Shown here: positions 19,367 through 26,972 of the stretch, piece after piece | Layout of the letters: each line of letters opens with the position of its first letter | Position numbering within the stretch: position 1 is the first letter of the stretch | Source: a virus | DNA length: 64,000 bases | Reading direction: 5' to 3' (one strand) | IMG/VR virus record: IMGVR_UViG_3300000115_000005 | Program-made: the position numbers and the translations under genes | The notes under the pieces: model-generated | Database searches by the model: none | Seen by the model: only the letters and a program-made list of their open reading frames with translations | Told to the model about the DNA's origin: nothing

Positions 19367-19798
19367 TCATATTGAGTTCCTTTTCTTCTCTGGATTTTTT
19401 TCATAATAATCATTTAATCTTTTTAAGTAAATTGGATCTTCAAATGGGTCACGATTTTCATCAAATGCTTTTATTATTTCTTCATCAGTAGGGTATGGCA
19501 ATTCCATTTGATCATCCATCCATTTCGCTATCATTCTACGTTCACCAGCTTTATCAAACTTTTTCAAATGTATTGAAGCTTCTGGAAACTCTTCCTTTTC
19601 TTCCAGTTTCCATTTGTCTTCCATAGATTCTAGGTGTAAAAGTAAAAGTATACTATCAGCGACTTCTTGATCACTTTTTGGCAAGTTTGATATGAACATT
19701 GCCATCTCTTCAGCATTCACGCAACTAATTAGAATGTTTAATATCGAAGCCTGTTTTATCGAGAGCCCTTGCATCAATTTCCTTTTTTGCTTCTTCAT
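19367..19798 (-). CDS. Hypothetical protein
   Basis: ORF. Confidence 0.5.
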   Translation of the reverse strand: MKKQKRKLMQGLSIKQASILNILISCVNAEEMAMFISNLPKSDQEVADSILLLLHLESMEDKWKLEEKEEFPEASIHLKKFDKAGERRMIAKWMDDQMELPYPTDEEIIKAFDENRDPFEDPIYLKRLNDYYEKNPEKKRNSI

Positions 19799-19957
19799 AA
19801 CTTTTAAATTCCCTTACTAAACTGTGATTAGGTATTTCGTTCAAATCAGTTGTAATTGCTAAACCGTTATACCGACTTGTGTAAACCATAAAAATTCCAG
19901 AATCTTTTGAAATTTTCCTTTTGTTTTCCATATAGAGTATCTATAAGAATAGTGTAT

Positions 19958-20034
19958 TGGTCGGAGTGAAATGATTTGAACATTTGATCTCCTGCTCCCA
20001 AAGCAGGCGCCTTACCAGACTAGGCCACACTCCG
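19958..20034 (-). tRNA. tRNA-Pro(TGG)
   Basis: CGGAGTG...CCTGC-TTTGGGA-GCAGG...TTCAAAT...CACTCCG-A-CCA; complete cloverleaf with encoded CCA. Confidence 0.93.
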
Positions 20035-20204
20035 TATTATACTAAGTAAAAAGATTAAATAAAACTATACAAAAGCAAAACCAATAAAAAGCAATCCATA
20101 TAAAAACTTTTTCAGTTCTCCATGGGTGTACCAACAATAATAAAAAGTTTGTTCTTTTGTAAAAATTAAATAAACGAATTTTGTTTCTCAAATCAATCTC
20201 CTAA

Positions 20205-20675
20205 TTAACATCTTTCAGCATTTGCATAGTATTGAATAATAGACTTTTTCATCCAATGGCTTATATTTTTAGAGTCATCTGATGGTATCAAAGAACCTCG
20301 TATTGTTATTCCTTTAAAATGCCTCATTGCAATTAAATAGTCCCAACCAAAACGTGTTGCAGCTACCAGTTTTTCATCTTCAACCCATTGCCTAATAAAT
20401 TCTTCAAATATTATATATTCTTTTGAATCGAAAGACTTGGGTAATTTAAAATATGGTTGTAACACCAAGAAATCATAATCTTTAAAAGTCGGTAGTTCTT
20501 CATACTCACTCATAGGTAAACGAATTACATCATCAGTTTCCTCTTGAAGCCTATAATAAGGGTAGTGAACAAGTTCATCATAGTCAGTTCGATCCGCTCT
20601 TTTTCTTTTCAACTTCTTTGAAAAATCACTAGGCGTAAGTATTAAAGCTTTCATCTGGCCATTATCTATTTTCAT
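20205..20675 (-). CDS. Hypothetical protein
   Basis: ORF coupled by ATGA overlap. Confidence 0.55.
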   Translation of the reverse strand: MKIDNGQMKALILTPSDFSKKLKRKRADRTDYDELVHYPYYRLQEETDDVIRLPMSEYEELPTFKDYDFLVLQPYFKLPKSFDSKEYIIFEEFIRQWVEDEKLVAATRFGWDYLIAMRHFKGITIRGSLIPSDDSKNISHWMKKSIIQYYANAERC

Positions 20676-20947
20676 CTATCTATCTCCGTAAAATCTTTTT
20701 CGCCCAGCAAGTAAACGATAGAGTTTGTTTCGAGCCATACATGAGCTCCACATGATAAAGGTTTTTTCGGATTATACACCAATTCACTTGGCCCATCTAT
20801 AATGACCTTTTTCGCATAACGATTACTCTTACCTTGCTTGACTGTAAAAACTGGTTCTTCCAAACCTTTCTTTTTATTTGATCGAATGATATGTTGATTA
20901 ACGTGTATTTTAGTTTTCATATTCCGCATCCCAATCATAATCTTCAA
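20672..20947 (-). CDS. Conserved phage hypothetical protein
   Basis: IHVNQHII...TVK...PLSCGA.VW.ET motif; true start probably near 20920. Confidence 0.65.
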   Translation of the reverse strand: MKIMIGMRNMKTKIHVNQHIIRSNKKKGLEEPVFTVKQGKSNRYAKKVIIDGPSELVYNPKKPLSCGAHVWLETNSIVYLLGEKDFTEIDR

Positions 20948-21245
20948 CTATACTACACCCACACCATGGATCGCCCCATTTACAATCGGGAGTCTCTTCA
21001 TGATCCGGATACCAATTTTCCCAACCTTCTTCAGCTGGAGGTATTTCTGATCTTTTAGGATTCATAAACCATTCTTCATACCAATCATGATGTCTATCGA
21101 GCCTGCTATCATATAAAAGATATTCTATTTCAGAAGCCTTGGCTTTACCTTCATTCACCATTTCACAGAATAGAATATCATCATCAGTTAAGTTAGCTAT
21201 ATCTCTACTTCTCATTTTCCATTCTTTCATTAATCCATTTTTCAC
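20910..21245 (-). CDS. Acidic Trp-rich hypothetical protein
   Basis: ORF. Confidence 0.5.
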   Translation of the reverse strand: MKNGLMKEWKMRSRDIANLTDDDILFCEMVNEGKAKASEIEYLLYDSRLDRHHDWYEEWFMNPKRSEIPPAEEGWENWYPDHEETPDCKWGDPWCGCSIVEDYDWDAEYEN

Positions 21246-21355
21246 AATTCTTTATCTCATCACTTTCGTATAAAGAACCAGCTTCTGTATTTTCATATTC
21301 CCATACATGAAAAGTATTATCATATTTTGCAATGAAGTATTTAACTCCATTAAAA

Positions 21356-21610
21356 TCACCTACGGTTGCTGGGATCTCTTCTCGACTCATGTACTATCTC
21401 ACCTCTTATAAATTTAATTGTAAACTCTATACCAATCGCCGCAAAAATGGCTATGACAGTTGCCAGAATAAATGTAAACCAATACATAAAAGTATCTAAC
21501 CAATCACTTGGTGATGATCCAACACCCACTATATCTATCTTTAAAGATTGATTCGCTATATCATAAGAATGATCCACTATGATCGGTAAAAAATTCAGTA
21601 TCAATTCCAT
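21356..21610 (-). CDS. Single-TM hypothetical protein
   Basis: Hydrophobic segment. Confidence 0.5.
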   Translation of the reverse strand: MELILNFLPIIVDHSYDIANQSLKIDIVGVGSSPSDWLDTFMYWFTFILATVIAIFAAIGIEFTIKFIRGEIVHESRRDPSNRR

Positions 21611-21613
21611 AAT

Positions 21614-21724
21614 TTAAAAAATCCCATAAGTTTTCAACATAATTAAAGTAGTGCTTGTTGCAATTGTACTAATCGCAATTGTATGAACTATTTGACAGAT
21701 TTTATCTCTCGTATCCTTCTTCAT
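21614..21724 (-). CDS. Small TM peptide B (36 aa)
   Basis: MKKDTRDKICQIVHTIAISTIATSTTLIMLKTYGIF; GGAG RBS; paralog of the upstream peptide. Confidence 0.65.
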   Translation of the reverse strand: MKKDTRDKICQIVHTIAISTIATSTTLIMLKTYGIF

Positions 21725-21819
21725 AAAACTCCATAAGTCCTTAACATAATGAGTGATGTATTGATAGCCACACAGGTGACTGAAAATGCACTAATTGTTA
21801 AACATATTTTCTGATACAT
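21721..21819 (-). CDS. Small TM peptide A (32 aa)
   Basis: MYQKICLTISAFSVTCVAINTSLIMLRTYGVL; GGAGA RBS. Confidence 0.65.
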   Translation of the reverse strand: MYQKICLTISAFSVTCVAINTSLIMLRTYGVL

Positions 21820-21836
21820 AATTTCTCCAAAATAAG

Positions 21837-21876
21837 TGAGAGTTTTATTTAAAAAGTCCACTACTCTCAAAGGACT
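21837..21876 (-). ncRNA. H-type RNA pseudoknot
   Basis: Stem 1 AGUCC/GGACU and stem 2 UGAGAGU/ACUCUCA are interleaved, with an A/U-rich last loop. Confidence 0.65.
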
Positions 21877-22091
21877 CGCACATTTGGTTTTTTAAAGAAA
21901 CCGACCACGCACCGTGGGAAAACTTCTTGTTATTAGAGTTTATTCTTTCTGAAGAAAAACCCTGCCATGATAGGCTAAAAACGACAATAGGCTTGAGTTG
22001 TTACTACTGTTCTGCATTTGCGTTTTACAGAAGCTCTTTGTATCAAGGTATCTCGGATATCGCACATTACCTCTGACCCTTAAAATTAGAT

Positions 22092-22208
22092 TCGTCTATA
22101 AGGGGATTTGAACCCCCATCTTCAAAGCGATCAACTTTGACGTTTTAATAGCTAAAGAACCACTATTCTAGGAAGTATTACTACTTCATCATTAAACTAT
22201 ATACAACG
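22092..22208 (-). ncRNA. tRNA-like RNA (GAU anticodon loop) with 48-nt D-loop
   Basis: T arm GGGGG-UUCAAAU-CCCCU; anticodon arm UCAAAG-UUGAUCG-CUUUGA; D stem GUUU/AAAC; imperfect acceptor stem; no encoded CCA. Confidence 0.65.
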
Positions 22209-22368
22209 TTTTTTTACACCGAGTTTTCCCTATCATGTTTCGGATAGATGCTTGATGCTGAATCTAATACAATCATAACAACTCAAATTCTTAAAATCTT
22301 TATAAATTAAGACTGATGCACCAGTTCTATTCTCTTACGAGGTAGACGTTTTCTTAATCTATGAGTCC

Positions 22369-22397
22369 ATTCTATATGAGTATGTATAAAATGTCAA
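22369..22397 (-). promoter_or_regulatory. Early sigma70-type promoter
   Basis: TTGACA-17-TAGAAT-GGACTCATAG. Confidence 0.85.
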
Positions 22398-22734
22398 CAG
22401 CTAATTTCAATTACTTCTAGTACCTGTTGTTGTTGTAAAAGTACTACAAGTACCACGAAAACCATGAAGTACCATCATAACATAGAGTGGCCTAAGTGTG
22501 AGGTAAAGTCCCAAAGATACTACGAAAAAAGGTACCGAGTGATTTTTCCACCGGAAAAAAATTAAGTGGTGCTTTAGTGGAGGGAATCAATTTTCGACCA
22601 GAGTAAAACAAAATCTAAGGATCACTAGGGGGTCTGTCGTGCTGGGGTGGGTAACTCTGCCAACTGTATATGGGGGGCTGCAGCGACCATGTAGCTTGCC
22701 TACCGACCGAAAAAAGACTCTTCGGCCGAAGTAT

Positions 22735-23007
22735 TCAGGATCTATTTTGAACACCGTAGTCCATGAATCCGTTTGTACCACACCACCAGTCCCAAGCTTG
22801 GGTCTGTGTCTTGAATGGGCCATGTGGACCTGGATCGGCATCTTGACCGGCATCTATGATCCAATAATCGCCGACCGCATGGTCTTGGACAATGATTGGA
22901 TTCCATGGACCGGAATCTTTAGATGGTTGGTAGACCACATCATGGTCACCTAGTTGATCTTGAATGAAACCACTGGTAGGTAATGTTGGATGGTTAATCT
23001 GTATCAT
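22735..23007 (-). CDS. Hypothetical early protein (GC-richer segment)
   Basis: AGGA RBS; HGPF.T...A motif. Confidence 0.55.
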   Translation of the reverse strand: MIQINHPTLPTSGFIQDQLGDHDVVYQPSKDSGPWNPIIVQDHAVGDYWIIDAGQDADPGPHGPFKTQTQAWDWWCGTNGFMDYGVQNRS

Positions 23008-23082
23008 TATATCTGTCCTAGTAAAATTAAGAGAGCCTGTAAGGCATCGGTGTTTTGTATAATTAAATCCATGTTTATCTCC

Positions 23083-23415
23083 TCAAGCGCTAACTATGGC
23101 TTCCCTATAAGTACATCTTTCAAGTATTTCACAAAATCTATCATAGCGGATTAGATTTTCATCATCCGTATCAGCACGGAAATCTTCCGCATTTAAAGCT
23201 CTAGGGTCAATTAAATCAAATAAAAAGTCCTCAAGGCCTCTGAGGGTCAAGCAAGTGATTTCATCTTCGGTATAAATTGCCTCTCCGGATCCTTCTGCAA
23301 ATACATTTACAACATCAAGTGATTCAGCAATAATATCACCCAACATTGTGGCATCATTTAATGGAAGATTTCTAATTAAGTAATCTACGGAGGTGAGGTT
23401 TGTAACTGTAAGCAT
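23083..23415 (-). CDS. Acidic early hypothetical protein
   Basis: AAGGA RBS, own promoter. Confidence 0.65.
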   Translation of the reverse strand: MLTVTNLTSVDYLIRNLPLNDATMLGDIIAESLDVVNVFAEGSGEAIYTEDEITCLTLRGLEDFLFDLIDPRALNAEDFRADTDDENLIRYDRFCEILERCTYREAIVSA

Positions 23416-23448
23416 TTAGTGTTTCCTTTTATGTTTGACTATGATTCC

Positions 23449-23477
23449 ATCCTAATGGACATTGCCCCAATTGTCAA
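23449..23477 (-). promoter_or_regulatory. Early promoter
   Basis: TTGACA-17-TAGGAT-GGAATCATAGTCAAAC. Confidence 0.85.
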
Positions 23478-23482
23478 GCGTT

Positions 23483-23587
23483 TTATACTATAATAAGAGC
23501 ATATAAAAAGCTTAATACTGTAACATATACAGGCCAATAAAAATAAAGGGAAGCACAGAATGTAGCAAATACAATTAACTTAAACAT
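23483..23587 (-). CDS. Hydrophobic 34-aa peptide with its own promoter
   Basis: MFKLIVFATFCASLYFYWPVYVTVLSFLYALIIV; GGAG RBS. Confidence 0.6.
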   Translation of the reverse strand: MFKLIVFATFCASLYFYWPVYVTVLSFLYALIIV

Positions 23588-23619
23588 TTAAAACTCCATA
23601 TTTGTTTGACTATGGGTCC

Positions 23620-23648
23620 ATCCTAGAGGACATTGCCTGAAATGTCAA
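23620..23648 (-). promoter_or_regulatory. Early promoter
   Basis: TTGACA-17-TAGGAT-GGACCCATAGTCAAAC. Confidence 0.85.
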
Positions 23649-23651
23649 GCA

Positions 23652-24110
23652 TTAACCTCCTTTTTGGTCGAACTTATAATCAACAATATCATGGAATGCT
23701 TCTCGCATCACATCAAGTTGTTGGCCAAAAAATTCACGCTGTTTGGTTAAACGGGTGAGCCTCTTTTGGTCTTTTACAGAATAACGAGAGCGGCCGCTAT
23801 AACAATCATCAATTCGTTTAGTGAGGCGGTTATAGTTAGCCTCTAAATGGTCGACCACATCATCCCATGTAGCTTTATAAAAACTAGCTTTAGGCTCTGG
23901 AAAACCATTGTCTACTCCATGAACCACTTGGCTGGCGATTTGTGCTACAGCTGTTGATCTTTCACGGATTTGAGTCAAATGACCATTATATGGCAAAGCA
24001 ACTATAGCATTAGCTGTGTCAGTATGCTCACGAATGAAGTTGCTAATTGTTGATGTACCAACCTCTACCGAGAGATTGTCCAAGATTTGATCGTTAACAG
24101 AATGACTCAT
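23652..24110 (-). CDS. Early hypothetical protein
   Basis: AAGGAG RBS. Confidence 0.65.
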   Translation of the reverse strand: MSHSVNDQILDNLSVEVGTSTISNFIREHTDTANAIVALPYNGHLTQIRERSTAVAQIASQVVHGVDNGFPEPKASFYKATWDDVVDHLEANYNRLTKRIDDCYSGRSRYSVKDQKRLTRLTKQREFFGQQLDVMREAFHDIVDYKFDQKGG

Positions 24111-24124
24111 TTATTGCTCCTTAA

Positions 24125-24258
24125 AATAAAAAAATGAGAGAAAGTGCCAGTTTAAATTCCAGTTGATGTTTCCAGATATCCTAAGATAAGCAGTTAATCT
24201 AAACATCATTCAGTTAAATTCTAATCTAATTCAGTTAATCTAACTTTCTCTCTACTGT
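24125..24258 (-). ncRNA. Candidate sRNA locus 3 with five AACUG repeats
   Basis: 10-bp closing stem 24136-24145/24243-24252, U-tract, promoter immediately upstream. Confidence 0.6.
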
Positions 24259-24264
24259 GGAACC

Positions 24265-24293
24265 ATTGTATCTGAGTATTGCCCAATTGTCAA
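24265..24293 (-). promoter_or_regulatory. Early promoter
   Basis: TTGACA-17-TACAAT-GGTTCCACAG. Confidence 0.85.
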
Positions 24294-24406
24294 CCACTAT
24301 TTTAATCTTTTTTGCCTCTGTTGTAAAATAACAACGCAGTCAGTAAACACTAACACCAACACTCAATGACACCCGCCACATTAGTGCGATTCCCCACGAA
24401 TAAACA

Positions 24407-24601
24407 CTATACCCCACAAGCATCTAATCTATCACGATTTAAGAACTTAATTTGTTTTTTTAGCTTCTTCTTAATTTGATTATGACTATTTCTCACAATA
24501 GAATATCTAATGACCCTTACTTCTTCTTCATAGTATATTTTTTTAAATTTTTTAATAAAATTTTGATCTCTGATTCTACTAAACATGAATTGCCCTTTCA
24601 A
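24407..24601 (-). CDS. Small basic hypothetical protein
   Basis: ORF. Confidence 0.45.
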   Translation of the reverse strand: MKGQFMFSRIRDQNFIKKFKKIYYEEEVRVIRYSIVRNSHNQIKKKLKKQIKFLNRDRLDACGV

Positions 24602-24606
24602 GGTAA

Positions 24607-24978
24607 TTAATATGGGTAAATAGTGAAATTCGTAGCATTATGAATTGTGCAATGTTGAGGTGCTCTCGAAACGGATTTTGTTTTTCCACGATAACGAATA
24701 CGAGCACGGCCTCTTGTAAAACTTATCACTCTTTTAGAGAATCGAGCAAAGATGGAAATATGTTCTAATTCAAATTGACTTTTTAATTTAGGTTTTGTCT
24801 CAAAATGCTCTTGATACTCTTTTGAAAATCCAAAGATTTCTACATTTGCTCTAACAGCTTGAGCAATATTTTTGAATAACTCAAACTCTGACTTATTTAA
24901 ATAATCTAGATCAACATCAAAGCGATCATCACATTTAATGCCTGCTTTGTGTACACTTGAATATAAAATTTTGTTCAT
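24607..24978 (-). CDS. Early hypothetical protein
   Basis: AAGGA RBS, own promoter; RIRYRG motif. Confidence 0.6.
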   Translation of the reverse strand: MNKILYSSVHKAGIKCDDRFDVDLDYLNKSEFELFKNIAQAVRANVEIFGFSKEYQEHFETKPKLKSQFELEHISIFARFSKRVISFTRGRARIRYRGKTKSVSRAPQHCTIHNATNFTIYPY

Positions 24979-25008
24979 TTCTGTCCTTGTTTATTTGACT
25001 ATGAAACC

Positions 25009-25037
25009 ATTATATGGGCACATTGCCCAAATGTCAA
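25009..25037 (-). promoter_or_regulatory. Early promoter (perfect consensus)
   Basis: TTGACA-17-TATAAT-GGTTTCATAGTCAAA. Confidence 0.92.
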
Positions 25038-25040
25038 GCT

Positions 25041-25271
25041 CTATCGAGCCTTCTTATAAAAGAGTTTACGAACGGTGCCAATTTTAACATGGCCCACTTT
25101 TTTTACAGCCTTTACCTGTGCCTTAGATGTAACAGATCCACCAAAAGCAATAGCTTTAATAATGTCATTACTACCAGCATTTTCCAACTTACGAACCATC
25201 TGAATTAAGAGTTTCTCTCTTAATGTTACCTCAAATTTCAAGGTGTTGTTTAAATTTCCTGTTCTTTTCAT
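25041..25271 (-). CDS. Small basic early protein
   Basis: ORF behind promoter. Confidence 0.55.
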   Translation of the reverse strand: MKRTGNLNNTLKFEVTLREKLLIQMVRKLENAGSNDIIKAIAFGGSVTSKAQVKAVKKVGHVKIGTVRKLFYKKAR

Positions 25272-25302
25272 AATTTCTTTCTATTTGATTAACTATGAAA
25301 CC

Positions 25303-25331
25303 ATTGTATAAGTTGGTTGCCTAAAAGTCAA
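25303..25331 (-). promoter_or_regulatory. Early promoter
   Basis: TTGACT-17-TACAAT-GGTTTCATAG. Confidence 0.85.
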
Positions 25332-25353
25332 GCGTGTTGTGAAAATGTTACAC

Positions 25354-25389
25354 AAAAAAAATGCTTGACAATTCAGTAACTGTCAAGCA
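25354..25389 (-). terminator. Terminator-like hairpin whose arms are TTGACA boxes
   Basis: TGCTTGACA-N10-TGTCAAGCA followed by T8. Confidence 0.6.
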
Positions 25390-25411
25390 AGATGGTAGTG
25401 TATTAGCAGTA

Positions 25412-26346
25412 TTATACTTTTGTATTATATCTTTGAGTAGTTTGAGTATTTGGTATTTCTCTTTCAGTTGTCATAAAAGGAATATCTAAAGGTGCATCCC
25501 TATCACGTTTTCTACGCCATAAAAAATATGTAATGATTGCTGATAGAATACTAAGGCATACTAATACAATTACGATTGTATAATCCAGAGTAAAATCATA
25601 ATCAGTAAGTAATGAATTCATGACATTTCCATTTCTTGTTGATCGGCATCATTTGCCATTTGTTGTAGGGTTAATTCAAATTCTTCATTTCGGATAAATT
25701 CTATTTCAGCAATCATTGTGGCGAAATCAGCCTCAATTTGATCCGTACGATTTTCTTCCGCAATTACATTCAGTTCCTGATTAATCTTGGATATGTCAAG
25801 GGATTTCTTTTGAGGAGTTTCAACATTTTCGCTGGTTCTCGCTTTTTGTATTTTCATGGTTCTCACTTTTTACTGGTTCTCACTTTCTTCCACCACTCTG
25901 CATTTTCCTGACCTATTTCGCTGAGCTTATAATTTCTAGTTATCATTTTACCATTAAAATCCACATAAGAAATGGTTTCATATTCTTGCTCTGGCTCGGT
26001 TCTCGCTTTTTGTGAGTTCTCACTTTTTGTATTACCTGTATTCTCGCTCATTGTACAAATTTCTTATCAATGGCTGAAATATCTACCCAAGCGTGGAACA
26101 ATTCAATTGCTTCTCTTAATGGCATATTAAAAGCATTTGATACTGTAGCTGGTGTCTTAGCTAAATGAATCTCACCGAGATCATCTACCTTGTTTAAAAA
26201 CTGAAATACATCATTTACGGTGTAATGATTGTTAGATTTACTGATCATTTTTTCTCCTGAGTAATGAAAAATGTTAAACATAATGATATGAAAACAATTG
26301 CAAATCCTACGATCAATCCTGATAATGCGGAAAATAAAAATTCCAT
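25412..26346 (-). other. Run of small early ORFs (25412-25621 TM, 25618-25866, 25863-26051, 26048-26248, 26245-26346 TM)
   Basis: Chain of ATGA-coupled ORFs. Confidence 0.55.
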
Positions 26347-26355
26347 TTTAACTCC

Positions 26356-26739
26356 TTATCTTAAATAAGCTGGGCCAGTCCAGCGAACACCATTAAAATT
26401 ACCATCAAGAACATTTCCTCGTGGTGCGTTTCTAGCTGGTTTTGACCAACCTGCGGCTTTGAGAATGTCACCTTTTTTGAATAGTTTATCATCACCTGTA
26501 GCAACAATAAAACCCCAGCAAGAATGGCCTGCGATAATTTTCCAATACTTCTTGCCTTTTGCAACTGATAGTCTGCTTTTAAATTCTGCTCTTTTATCTT
26601 CGATTTGATCATCATGAATGTCATATCTATTTGTCCAACCAACATAATCATCAGCAATTACGTCTTTAAGATTTTCAACAGCACCATCTAAAAGACCTTT
26701 TGCTACTTCATTTAATTCAGCTTCATTTATTATCTTCAA
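26356..26739 (-). CDS. Conserved phage early protein
   Basis: GDILKAAGWSKPARNAPRGNV motif, widespread in phages; GGGAG RBS and TTG start. Confidence 0.7.
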   Translation of the reverse strand: MKIINEAELNEVAKGLLDGAVENLKDVIADDYVGWTNRYDIHDDQIEDKRAEFKSRLSVAKGKKYWKIIAGHSCWGFIVATGDDKLFKKGDILKAAGWSKPARNAPRGNVLDGNFNGVRWTGPAYLR

Positions 26740-26772
26740 TTTAAAACTCCCGTTTGTTTAGTCTATGAAACC

Positions 26773-26801
26773 ATTGTATAAGCTGGTTGCCCAAATGTCA
26801 A
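26773..26801 (-). promoter_or_regulatory. Early promoter
   Basis: TTGACA-17-TACAAT-GGTTTCATAG. Confidence 0.88.
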
Positions 26802-26820
26802 GCACAAAAAAAAGACTGTA

Positions 26821-26946
26821 TCATTTATGCAACACAGCCTTTCTTAATCTCTTATTTGATTGCCTTTTCAGACATTTTTTCCATTTTCTCGATAATGTAT
26901 CGGTAACCACTTTTGTCCATCTGCGACTCGAAAAATTCTTTTTCAT
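26821..26946 (-). CDS. 41-aa highly basic peptide with its own promoter
   Basis: MKKNFSSRRWTKVVTDTLSRKWKKCLKRQSNKRLRKAVLHK; GGGAG RBS; terminator-like hairpin over the stop codon. Confidence 0.6.
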   Translation of the reverse strand: MKKNFSSRRWTKVVTDTLSRKWKKCLKRQSNKRLRKAVLHK

Positions 26947-26972
26947 AAAAACTCCCGATTGACTATGATACC

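Larger units (their letters stand above)
21837..22360 (-). ncRNA. Candidate structured ncRNA locus 2 (about 520 nt, multiple modules)
   Basis: No ORF of 60 aa or more; consecutive stem-closed modules, GUAA tetraloops, upstream promoter. Confidence 0.6.

Noticed and set aside
22092-22208. Calling this a functional tRNA-Ile or an intron-containing tRNA
   Set aside because: Bulged acceptor stem, non-canonical anticodon loop, no CCA; the insertion is in the D-loop and far too short for a group I intron
22306-22358. Possible hammerhead ribozyme (ctgatg next to stems)
   Set aside because: Core reads CUGAUGC rather than CUGANGA, and no correctly placed GAAA; kept only as a generic three-way junction on the minus strand
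24136-24252. Possible mini-CRISPR array
   Set aside because: Repeats are only 5-12 nt with spacing of about 20 nt or less; no repeat-spacer geometry and no cas genes in the window
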